Source: Spizellomyces punctatus DAOM BR117 (lineage: Eukaryota). Taken from it: a stretch of 64,000 nucleotides of DNA. The translations under genes were made by a program, and so were the position numbers. The notes beneath the pieces are model-generated. The model had not been told where the DNA came from and ran no database searches. It saw only the letters and a program-made list of their open reading frames with translations. The first letter of the stretch is position 1. Every line of letters starts with the position of its first letter. The DNA lies in NCBI GenBank assembly GCA_000182565.2, contig KQ257468.1; one strand, 5' to 3'. Of the stretch, positions 53,691-64,000 are shown one piece after another.

Positions 53691-54083
53691 ATGGCCTACG
53701 CCGCCTCTGCAATTGCCCCCATCACTGGCCGATTCCGACGCCGAGTCCTCCGAGACCTTGTCGGTAGCATCGCTCTGGGTACTGGAATTGCCTACTACTG
53801 GTGGTACAACTCCCACGTTCCTACTATGCAGGAAAGTTGTGCTCCATATTATTTGCGATTACTCTATGCTCCGGAGCTTTGGAATTCAAAAGAGCAGCGT
53901 GGGAACGTTTGTATGAACATTAACATTGACAAATCGCTGCCTTAACAGAAATACAAGGACTACGATCACAAAGTTCGTGAGGAAATGCTAAAGGAGCACG
54001 GCGCCTGGGCAATTGGACCTGGACAACAGGAGAAGGTTGACCAACAAAGGGGTGTACCCGCTCCCGACCAGACTGTCGCGTAA
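53691..54083 (+). CDS. COX9: Cytochrome c oxidase subunit Cox9 (VIIa)-like; one intron
   Basis: IAPITGRFRRRVLRDLVGSIALGTGIAYYWWYNSH matches the fungal Cox9 pattern IAPITG...D....LG...A..WW..H. Confidence 0.88.
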
Positions 54084-54847
54084 ATGCCAGTAAAGGTCAG
54101 TGAGAAGGTCCTACAGGTGGAGCGTTCCCGAACCTTCTTTTGACTATGGGCTGCTAACTTTGATTTGTATATAGGCAGAGGTAGGAAGAAAGACGAACAT
54201 TTAAAAAATAACCAAAATCTACGAGCCGTATAAATCTCGATGTATCGGCGGACGTTCTGATATCTTTCCGTTGGAGATGATTATAATAGATATGAACGTT
54301 GTGTTTTTATGACCCTCATTGACTGGAAAGACGATATCATGATTTTTATGTATGTTGGGAGAACTGATATGGATGGTGCACATGTGCTGCATGACATTCT
54401 TCTATGGATCGCAGTACTTTACGGAGCATTGAATGCCAGGACGGTGAGGGATTGTAACCATCAGCCAAATGGGAGCTCTGGACCTATTCTTCTATTGCAT
54501 AATTGGTCCAGACATGTATGGCCGGCAGAGCATCTTTTGAAAAGCTGAAAAGCAAGAGTATGGACAGTCGGGGTCTCATCTGTCCCATGCGTTTCTCCGC
54601 AACGTTTTGTGCGTGTCAGATCTTGATATCAATTTGGCACAACCGCGTTCGTTCAGAGCACGAGCAGCCCAACCTCCTTGTCGCCAAATTGCATAGGTCA
54701 TCTCTGTCATTTACGAAAAGAACAGCTGCAAGGCGCACTGCTAAAAGTCTGGACTCGGGTTAACAGAGTTGCACGCAATATCACAATCTTCATTTTTATA
54801 TTGCGGGGAACTGTTCGTTCAGGATTGTCTCTTCGCTGTCCCATCCC

Positions 54848-56000
54848 ATGGCGGATTCTGCCATTCAACAACCCCAGGTTAAGCTAAAGCTGAAAGTAGG
54901 CACAAGACCACAGCTACCTTCAGACGCTAGTTTCCCACAGCCTCGAAAACTGGTCTCCGAAACAGTCATCCCAGATCAGTTGAACCTTCCCAACTCAGTT
55001 TCGCAGACAGCATCCTTGACGGACGATGCTGCAGCTTCGCCCCGGACTGACGATTCCTCCAGCCTTGGTCGACCTCCAGCATACGTACGCGGAAGAGGCC
55101 ACACAAAACGTAAAAAAAGAGAGCCCCCTCCTCCTGCGGACCCCGATGCCATGAGGGTAGCCCTTCACGCCGCTCTCGGCGGAGGCTCCTCCAAAAAAGC
55201 CTATACTTGGACGTCTGATAGAGGCTCGTCGCCAGCGCCAGCGAAGCCTCCTCAGACGTTTTCTAAATCTCCCGACCCACCAGCACCTAACTACACAGAC
55301 GCGATATACATCCCAAATGTGGATGAGAGGGGACGAACCCGGCAAACCGTCGTCAAGCAGAACGGTACGCTGCGTGTACAAGCGCACATGAGAATTGTTG
55401 GGAGAATGCTGACGCTGCTTCGTCTATGATTAAGAGGAGGTCGAATCAAAGCTATCACCCACTCAGAGCACATCACCTCGATCCACGGTCCCAACAGGAG
55501 CAGAGTTCCAACACGATGCTAATGGACAGTCAAGACCATCAGTAGCAAACGCAGAGCGGCAAATCAAAGCTCCGGCACAGAAGCCGCCAAAGAAGAAAAA
55601 GGCCCCGACAAAAAAGAAGGGAGACCTGACTGGAGAAGGGTACGTGAACCGTATGCGGTGATAAGTGGCCTCTGGCAGCAAATGTGGGTCCTATTTAAGT
55701 TGACATACGGTAATTAACACGATTCCTACAGGTACATGGCCTTGACTCCGTATGGAAGATCACCAGGTACTATATCTTGAATTTGGCTCACTTGATCCGA
55801 GTTATGTCTTATTGTACATTTGATAATACAGCGGGAAGCAGCCACATATCCAGTGCTTCACATCATCCCGGAAAGCCACCAATCCTGTTAGGCAAAGATG
55901 TAAAAGTCAGGCCATGGACTCGGGATCGATTAGTTCTGCCGACGTTGACAGGACACAGCTTGGAATTGCCTGTCTGGCGACCTGGTAAGAAAAACGAGGC
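54848..56000 (+). CDS. Hypothetical Pro/Lys-rich (probably nuclear) protein; multi-exon, 3' end uncertain
   Basis: 193-codon first exon with KLKLK and basic clusters (RGRGHTKRKKR), followed by GT-AG-bounded exons. Confidence 0.5.
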
Positions 56001-57588
56001 TTTTGTTGCACGGGGACGTCGCACTTCCTGGTTTCTTTGCCTATTTGACGTATTGATATTTCCTTTTGTTTCGGGCGATAGCTTCCCGAGATGGCGCCTC
56101 GCCTCAAAACCCTGGCCAGGCGTAATCCAAACCGAGGGCACCCTAGAGTCCAGAATGACATTCCGGGATGGATTACATTGCGCGCGGACTTACGAAGAGC
56201 TACGATCACTCAGACACACGTTCACCTGCCGATATTGTCTCACGAGGCTCCATCAATCAATGACTGAGAAGTAATGCCTCAGTCATTGGACCTTAGGTGC
56301 TGTTACTACATATCTATGCGAAGCATTCCCTCCTCAGCTCATAGTCTATCATGCTTCGGGCTTGCTTGTCTTTCTGAAAACAAGATTCGACATTATTTGT
56401 CGTAGGAAGTGATCCAAGCTGAGGACGTCCTTTCAGCGATTGCTTGCAGATCAGTTATATAGACAGATAAATGTGAATTGTGAGGAAGATGACCTCCCGA
56501 ATCAATCGTCCCTAAATATCATATCTTTTGCTAGTGGGAGCCTGCCCACATATTTTGGATTTTACGGAACAAGGCTTAGCAATGTTGGACAGGTTGGGCC
56601 CAAGTTTCCTCATTTGTGCTCCTTGAGCGCTGTCACGCACAAATCAGCTTCAGCATACCCATCAGGCAGCATGATCCAGCTCCAAAAAACCGACGCCCGG
56701 ATATATTGTCATTTCGTCAGTTAATGGATAGATAGATAGATACACATTACCGATATTCTGCGCTGTTTGCGTGTGCGTACTTACGCAACCAGCTATATTC
56801 TTTACTGTCAGATTTATCTGTGCATCGAGGGTGCCTAGATGAGCTCCAGAAGAATTCAATGGTCGCAATAGACAAAAGACGAGATACCTGGTAACTTTGA
56901 AATGCCCTTTCAACTTACTGGAGTATCCACCATACTGATATAATCTCTCTGGGACTTTGTCCAGTTTAGTGTCATAGCTCTTCCTTCAATGATCAGTTGC
57001 ATACCATGATCCATTTTCACCTCAGCAGATCCGTTACGTAGTTTATAGATTTTCTCACTTTGACATCTTTCTTCCCAATTTCATCATTGAAATATCATTG
57101 CATGAAATAAAGTATCACATATCAAATGTCTTTTTCAGGAGGACGACGTTCAAATGGTTGAAGGCAGAGCCTGTGTTGCTTAATGAAAATTACCACCAAG
57201 CGCCAATATCAGCAATATGTACTGCTCTGGCATGCAGAGCAATTTTCAGCTACAGTTGACTAGTACAGACCATGTTCAATCCTAGTTTATGTTTAAGCAT
57301 TCTATAACGTGAGATTGTAATGGGAATGATCTATAGCATCCGATCCAGTCATAAACTACTTTATGACACTTTGAACTAAGTTGTGTTCAGCTGCACATGG
57401 AAAAGCAGGAAGTTATAATGGAAAACCAAACGTCCAACTTACTCGGAAGTCATCTGCACATTAGCTCACCTTTGCAATGTAAACCCGACGCTTACTCACA
57501 GCTTACAGCAGCCCGCTAACCAAGCCATCCACATGAGTCATTGGGAATTGGACGTTTTGAGGCCAACGATTCCAATCACTGATCACCA

Positions 57589-58406
57589 ATGAAGTTAATT
57601 GGTCTTACCGGTGGGATTGCGACGGGAAAGTCCACCGTCTCAAACTACCTATCTTCTGTTCATCATGTCCCGATAGTAGACGCTGACATCATTGCCCGTG
57701 ACGTTGTAAAACGAAACGAACCCGGTTATTTTCGAGTCTTATCCGCATTTGGCCCTACAGTGGTAGACCCTACCACAGGAGAACTTGACCGACCAAAACT
57801 AGGAAGCATAGTCTTTGGAGATGCAGAGGCACGCAAAAAGTTGAACAAAGCTACCCACCCGCCTATCAGAATGGAAATGCTGAGACAGCTTTTGTTGTGG
57901 TTCATGAAAGGAGAACGGTTATGCGTTTTAGATACACCGTTGCTTTTTGAAGCAGGCTTGAATAAGTTTGTGCACGACGTGGTTGTTGTGTATTGGTGGG
58001 TAGACAATTTTGAAGATTATGCTGTTTTTTTTTTTCTCCCTTCTGATGCTATTCCGCCACAAGTCCTGAAGAAGTTCAAAAAGGGCGACTAATATCCCGG
58101 GACGTTCTCTCGGCAGAGCAGGCGCAATCTCGCATCGAATCTCAAATGCCGATAGAAAAAAAGCGAGAAATGGCTGATATTGTGATCGACAATTCGTCTG
58201 ATAGGACCAAGACACAACAGCAGGTCGATTCTGCTATCAGCAAGTTAATGCCTAACCGAGCATGGAACTGGTTAATTTGGGCGCTGCTGATAGGACCCGC
58301 AGCGGCAGTTTATGGAGCATTGACGGCCTACAAATATGTGGAAACAGTGAGAGCCAGGTGGGCAGCGAACCGCGCAACGAGCGAGAAGTCGGAAAAGGAT
58401 CTATAG
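57589..58406 (+). CDS. CAB5: Dephospho-CoA kinase; one intron
   Basis: Motifs IGLTGGIATGKSTVS, VDADIIAR, LDRPKLGSIVF, THP.I, LDTPLLFE and RIESQMPIEKKREMADIVIDN, with a C-terminal TM as in DCAKD/Cab5. Confidence 0.96.
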
Positions 58407-58758
58407 CTTCAAACGGCGCAACTGAAAGGAGGCTCCGCTGGTCAGAATGTCGTATGCTGTTCTGTCGGTTGGCCAATATGTTCAGTGTCAGTTCAGCCCT
58501 TCCGAATGCTAGCCTTTTCAAGCCAACCAGCGTGCGGGATACATTAAACTCCCGCGTATCACAATCAGCGTAGGTGCGGTCTGTATCTTGGGCACGAACG
58601 GAGCACTGGATGACAGCCTTGTCGACATGACTACATTTGCACCAGCCAAAAATCGCTCGTCACTTTAGACCTGTGGTAGTCTGCATCTGGTCGTCTATAT
58701 ACACTGAACTGCAATGAGCAGAACTGCAATATCGCTACAATGTAGTATAATCCCGATA

Positions 58759-60159
58759 TCAATCTACATAAATGACATCGAGAACCATCGATCCAAAAAA
58801 AGCTGCAAACTCTGTCGCTTGCGCTTCCAATGCTGACTTGATGGCATCGGTAAAGAACACTCCATCAGGAAATCTTGTCATCACAAACTCCATTTGATTT
58901 GGGAGACTTTTTGTGTAAGACCATGTTCCAGCTATTCGGCCCTCAATCAAGATAGTAGGATTGATGATACCATTAACAGTCCATATTTTCGATTTAAGGT
59001 CGGGTCGAATCCAGAAAGATTTGTCAGCATGTGCCAAAAGAAGTGGGTCAAAACGGAACAGAAGATATACGGGCCATTCGGAGGGTGGTGGGACGGGTTG
59101 CTCTAAGAGGACGGCTGTTTCTGAGGTGACATAGTATTCTTGGACTTTAGTCTTTCGTGACGGTAATACAGCAAATGTTTCTTCAGCTGGTTCCAAGTGG
59201 ACTTTGACAATTTCATTTGCCTCTAGTAGCGCCTGGACAGCCGCACGAGAAGGTCCCGCACTGAGTGACATCCAATATCGAAAGTCGCCTTCCGTCGCAG
59301 GGCCATATGCTTTAAAGTATCGTCGAGCAACCTCGACCAAAGCGTCTTTTTGTTCTACTTTCATACACAGAAGCTCTTCCTCTGTAACAACACGGGACCG
59401 AGGTGCCATCACCGGATTTCCTGAGTCGACGTCAATTCGAGCCCCATGTCCTTCCATCGTTGCGCACATAAACGTACTGTATTGAAGTTTACCATTGTGG
59501 CCACAGGCTTCTAAATCCTTTCGCGTCGCACACCTTCCTGCCGAGAGAATCGACAACAGGTCCTCTCGTGCAGCGTCCAATTCGGCTGATGCGTCCTTTC
59601 CTGTCACTCGTCCAGCCTTAACTGACGCAACTCTGTTGGCGATCACTGCCTCGCCAACTGCCCCAATTACAATGTCCCAATCTTTTCGATCGTATATATG
59701 AAGAGTACATCGTTGTCCCCATATTCTAATCAACCCTTCTCCATTTTTGATAACTCCTTGCAGTTCGGAGAGAGTGAGGGGGTCTTTCTGCGCTTTGTTG
59801 CAGCGGCAACGTGCACCACCTCTCAAAAGTCGCTGCCAAATGGATACGAATCCTGACGCTGTTTCCTGTGCTTGTATACCGAACAAATCTGCTGCAACTT
59901 TGACCATGTCTCCCACACTGCCCGATAGCTTCGGATTGATAAGATGTGAACCTTGAAGGCGCAGATATCGTGCATGTTGCTCGCTTATGGTTATAATGTC
60001 AGAAGGCAGGTTGCCTGTTGCAGTGCGTTTCGTAGTGCTTGCCTGGCGCTTCCTTGGCGGACTGGGAGCGCTGCTTCGGGTTCGTCGCTTCATGGCTTGG
60101 AATGTCCTTGACAGATTTCGACGTCGAAACATTTGGTATCTCCGGCGTGTCTGAGTCAC
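58759..60159 (-). CDS. HTH_42 / AlkZ-family DNA glycosylase (interstrand-crosslink repair type), intronless
   Basis: Motifs GIQAQ (QxQ), LIRIWGQRCTLHI, RRYFKAYGPATEGDFRYW, LL.RFDPLLLAHADK and NG.I.PTILIEGRIAGTW. Confidence 0.88.
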   Translation of the reverse strand: MTQTRRRYQMFRRRNLSRTFQAMKRRTRSSAPSPPRKRQASTTKRTATGNLPSDIITISEQHARYLRLQGSHLINPKLSGSVGDMVKVAADLFGIQAQETASGFVSIWQRLLRGGARCRCNKAQKDPLTLSELQGVIKNGEGLIRIWGQRCTLHIYDRKDWDIVIGAVGEAVIANRVASVKAGRVTGKDASAELDAAREDLLSILSAGRCATRKDLEACGHNGKLQYSTFMCATMEGHGARIDVDSGNPVMAPRSRVVTEEELLCMKVEQKDALVEVARRYFKAYGPATEGDFRYWMSLSAGPSRAAVQALLEANEIVKVHLEPAEETFAVLPSRKTKVQEYYVTSETAVLLEQPVPPPSEWPVYLLFRFDPLLLAHADKSFWIRPDLKSKIWTVNGIINPTILIEGRIAGTWSYTKSLPNQMEFVMTRFPDGVFFTDAIKSALEAQATEFAAFFGSMVLDVIYVD

Positions 60160-61082
60160 GACATGATCGGCTTAAATAAGCATCCATAACACGAAGTTAC
60201 TCGCTTTGAAGTTACTCGCACAAGGTGTCAATGGAGGGTTTCCTTTGATTTCCTCTTGTTACCGCCATCCGTCGCGAGAACAAGGGCTGCGATTCCTTGC
60301 TCCTGCAAAAAGTCCGCACAGATGGAACGTCGACCCTTTCAATCTTGACAACTCGTATCTAGTTTGCAGTAAACGTGCTCTCATTGAGACTAATTAGGTT
60401 TGAAAACGTGAATGGGTTGGGTGGATGTACATCTTGCACTCTATTCTCTCGTCATACCCTTCCAAGCCTCCTCATTTTGAGCTTCAGGACGTAAAAGAAA
60501 AATGAAAGAAAAAGGGACCAGGCGGGCCCAGCCTGGGGGGCACACATGAAGCCTGATTCGTAGTTTGTTGGTACGGATCGACATCATGCATCGCGGTCGT
60601 GAACATCATACGGACGTTTGCAGTTCCGCGCAATGTGGAGATCGAACCCTTGAGTTTTCCGCAAAGTCCACTCTCAGGAACGAACGCATTACCCCATAAG
60701 CTATCCCCACAAAGTCAAACTTTATGTGGTTTGTCAAATCGTAAGCTGTTTACTCGGAGTAATGCTATTCCTAGAAATCCTTCGTTACTCTGCGAACGCT
60801 TCAAAATATTAGAGAGCGCCTCGGAGCAATATCTTGAATAGCTTGAAATGGGCTGTATTTTTCATCGAGACATAAGTTTTGGGCACGCAGCTTTTGTTAT
60901 GATGCTTGCTCAATTTACATCGCCGAGCTTGCCGTTCCCTCGGGCTCCATGTCCCATTTAGGAACTCCCTTCTCATGATTTGCATCTGATGGCAGTCCCC
61001 ATTCTACCTCAGTACGCCATGTATACCAACAGGGCAATTCCGCCAATTCCATAGTGCATATCATTTTATATATTCTCTTCTG

Positions 61083-62332
61083 CTATGCCAGAGTGCTGCA
61101 TGAACAAGTAATCTGTAGAATCCTTGATGCTTTATAAAACTTGCATTTCGCCGTATCTACATCGACGCCTTTAGGTAGTGGAATAGATACATTTGTCCCT
61201 TCGGTCTCCATATCTATTGATATGTCGGTAGCATACACCGCTACATCTGATGCAGATTCCTGTGTACGGAAATATTGTCAAACATTCAACATCGATTGCT
61301 GAGCGCCTTCTGGACTTACAATTGCTGGAAGGACAATCTCTACCATCCAATTACCATTGCCTGTGGTTGTAGTATACATGGGAGCTTTGTCCGAACCTAT
61401 GCCCATTCTAGTTGAATGTCGTCCATCTTCAGCACCTTTTCCACGTCCCAGAGGAGTTGTACCGACTGCATCCAGCTCTTGGATCGTGCCCCTTTTCCCT
61501 GCTGTTCCGTTCCCGTCTGGCAAATTCAGAGCTGGTAATGTGTCGCTAGGAGAAGAGGCTTCCGCTGCGGATGATAGTTCAGAGTCTGCATGCATGCGAG
61601 TCAGCAGCGAGCTCGTAGTCATTTTCGACAAGTCCACTGGTTCGGGTATAGTATGCGATGGTATCCTTCCGCTGTCCTCGGTTGCGCCGTCACCGTCAAT
61701 GGGCCGGCCATTCTCATCCCACCCGTACGGCGCTTTGTAAGATTGCAGTTTTCGGATATCTGCAAGTCATTTGCTTGAGTACAAATGCCTGAATGTGATT
61801 GTTATCATGCCATTCACGAACAGTACTTTTTCGGTCGATTCTTATCGAGAAAGCTTCCTCGATGCAGTCGATAACAAGATCTTGTAAGCCATTTGCAAAT
61901 AAAGAATCGCTCCTGGCTTCAGCAATAATCATTTTATGCACCACCGCATCGTAGACGTGGTAAATTGTACCATCTATCAGAAACATGATTGTCAGTATCG
62001 GGAAGACCCTAGGGTTGTGTGGACGAATTATTTGTCAAGGATCAACCTGCATTCTTTCCTCGGCGTTGCTTCGAAACAACTACAGTAATCTTGTCTTCAA
62101 CCCGTGCTTTCAGCTTTTCACTCTGGCATACATTGATATAGTGTTGCGGTGACCCGTTTACAATGGTTCCTGAGCATTGTAGTGTGAACACCCCTTGTGG
62201 CAATTGTGCCTTAGCGGCTTCGGTTCCTTCAATGGCATCCTGTTTGAGCTTCTGGAGAAATTGACCATATGCCTTAGGATCCTTAGCATAGAGGTTGTCC
62301 AGCTGTGACCATATTTGTTGAGCTACTTCCAT
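61083..62332 (-). CDS. PIH1-domain protein, PIH1D2-like (PIH1 + C-terminal CS domain); multi-exon
   Basis: QIWSQLDNLYAKDPKAYGQF (PIH1D2-type N-terminus), YINVC, VYDAVVH and C-terminal AKCKFYKASRILQIT. Confidence 0.8.
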
Positions 62333-62737
62333 GTTGGTTTTACAGCGTCCAAAAGCAGCTCCAGACGCGCTCAGCTCGTGTCTTGTGCCTTACATAAGCA
62401 AAGCACGTCGTCTTTACGCTCGTTTACATCCGTCTTTTGGAAAACGCAACTCTCGTTCATGAAACTAGTCCGCAAAGGGCAGAGATACATGCAGGCCAAC
62501 CCAATTTCGACATTGTAGCATCCTGCAAGTTCCAGTTTTCATTTCGCCTCGAGTTATATTTCAATTGAATGTACATCACTCAAAGTTGCGCAGTTGCCAT
62601 TATATCCACCATTCGTTTTGGCCACATTACTATGTACATTGACTTTGATTCCCTCCGGTCCTTCCCTAGGAGTTGGTCTTCTTCAGATGAAACTACATAC
62701 AAGCAAGAGTCCTCAACACCTTCGCTGATGCCGCTAC

Positions 62738-62941
62738 CTAGCTAGCATTTTCACCACGTAACGCACGGCTTTCTCGTTTGAGTTCTTTTATGACAGCAGC
62801 TAGAGCCTCAGGATTCACACCACTCTCGCAAAGGGATACACAGAGCGAAAGGGTTTCGCGATCGAGACTGGTGTTTAAGATACGCGATATTTCATGCAAT
62901 ATGTCCATGGTTTCACGGGCTTCCTGAAGTTTAGAGTCCAT
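62738..62941 (-). CDS. MZT1: Mitotic-spindle organizing protein 1 (MOZART1)
   Basis: [50 protein letters not shown] is the canonical MZT1 pattern. Confidence 0.96.
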   Translation of the reverse strand: MDSKLQEARETMDILHEISRILNTSLDRETLSLCVSLCESGVNPEALAAVIKELKRESRALRGENAS

Positions 62942-63315
62942 GGTATGATCGGAATGAGTATCGCAAGCGTTGGAAGCCGTGGGTGCAAGAGTTTGTGTTG
63001 AGGAATCAAAAAGACTACGGGAGGAGAATCGCAAGAACCATGCGGATTCTGCACGCATGGAAATGAACATTCCTCGTGTTAGTAGGCACCAACTGAGACA
63101 TCATTCTTCAAGACTCCAATGACGTTTTCTTCTTACCCACAATAAACACAATTGCAGCGACGCTGTTGGTTGGAGATCTCTCTCGGACGCGCAGGGCGGA
63201 CAGCGCTGATAGCAACCAGCTTCGAATCAATGGGCTAAACCGATTCGAATGACAAATCACATTTGCGTAGTCTGAACACACAGGCTCCAATGTTCCCACT
63301 AGTGACAGATCGCCG

Positions 63316-64000
63316 TCAGAATTCCGCTTGGTAGAGTGTGAATGTGATTGGAAGCCAGTCCGCTTATTATTCTCCGTCTCCCATACACGATTCTCACCGT
63401 TTGCTAGAGTGCATAGACTGCGTGTTCTCGCAAATGAGCTTCCAGGGAGGACGACGAGGGCAATCTTACGGTTCAGATCGTGGGCCTCGTGGGGGCTACG
63501 GCGACCTTGGAGGAGGAGGAGGTTACGATAGACGGGGAAGAGGACGTGGGAGAGGTTACGGTGGGCGAGGGACCTACCAAGGAACTGTAGAAGACAAGGA
63601 TGGAGATATCATGATGGGGGATTCGGCTGAGCAAGATCAACGTCGTTCGAGACAGTACGTACCCATCTGGCATGCTCTGGGGAATAATTTATTGTATGGC
63701 GAGCCAGCTGCCCCAAAGTTGAAAGTCTTATCAGACCTGGGGCACCTGGCACCTCGATTAGCGCTGTTCCCTGTTGTGATACCAGACCTTCCGTCTTTCA
63801 CATCTGCCTTTTTGGCCCTCGCGACGCTAACTGTTACTGTACGAAAATTAGGAGCCTTCCCTACAACCGGCCCCGTCCATCGTCTAGCGCATCACATAGT
63901 TTTAATGGGGATGTTGCACAAGTCCAAGTATGTACCGCAATCGTCACCGTTACTCAGTAAACCTCCTCACCGTCTGCGATTTGCGGTACTTATAGGTCAG
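63316..64000 (-). CDS. Possible 3' exons of an unidentified gene running off the window
   Basis: GT-AG-bounded segments at ~63.4-63.8 kb splice into an open frame; no family recognised. Confidence 0.25.

Overview
Eukaryotic, intron-rich (mostly short GT-AG introns), gene-dense DNA from a fungus. A zoosporic (chytrid-type) lineage is inferred from a PIH1D2-like gene, an ABCA transporter, gmd and the COX9/BST1/SIZ-type genes. The left ~38 kb holds an unusual concentration of secretory-pathway glycan-building genes, in two blocks (1-18.3 kb and 28.9-38.1 kb) that resemble a bacterial capsule/O-antigen locus rebuilt from type II membrane Golgi-type proteins. It contains three stand-alone nucleotide-sugar transporters, GDP-mannose 4,6-dehydratase, a WecB-type UDP-GlcNAc 2-epimerase fused to a glycosyltransferase, a GT-D-fold (DUF1792-like) enzyme, a somatomedin-B/FN3/GT2 protein, a transporter-like/GT2/GT4 triple fusion, two GT8 genes, a GT71 mannosyltransferase, another GT-A gene and an FkbM methyltransferase. 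Three of these carry frame disruptions. BST1 and the AP-3 beta subunit split the two blocks. The right ~26 kb is mostly housekeeping: RING E3, MATE, tRNA-Leu(AAG), SIZ/PIAS, ABCA, F-box, COX9, dephospho-CoA kinase, PIH1D2-like and MZT1. It also has an intronless, bacterial-type AlkZ/HTH_42 DNA glycosylase. Gene models were spliced by eye and family calls come from motif recognition, not database searches.
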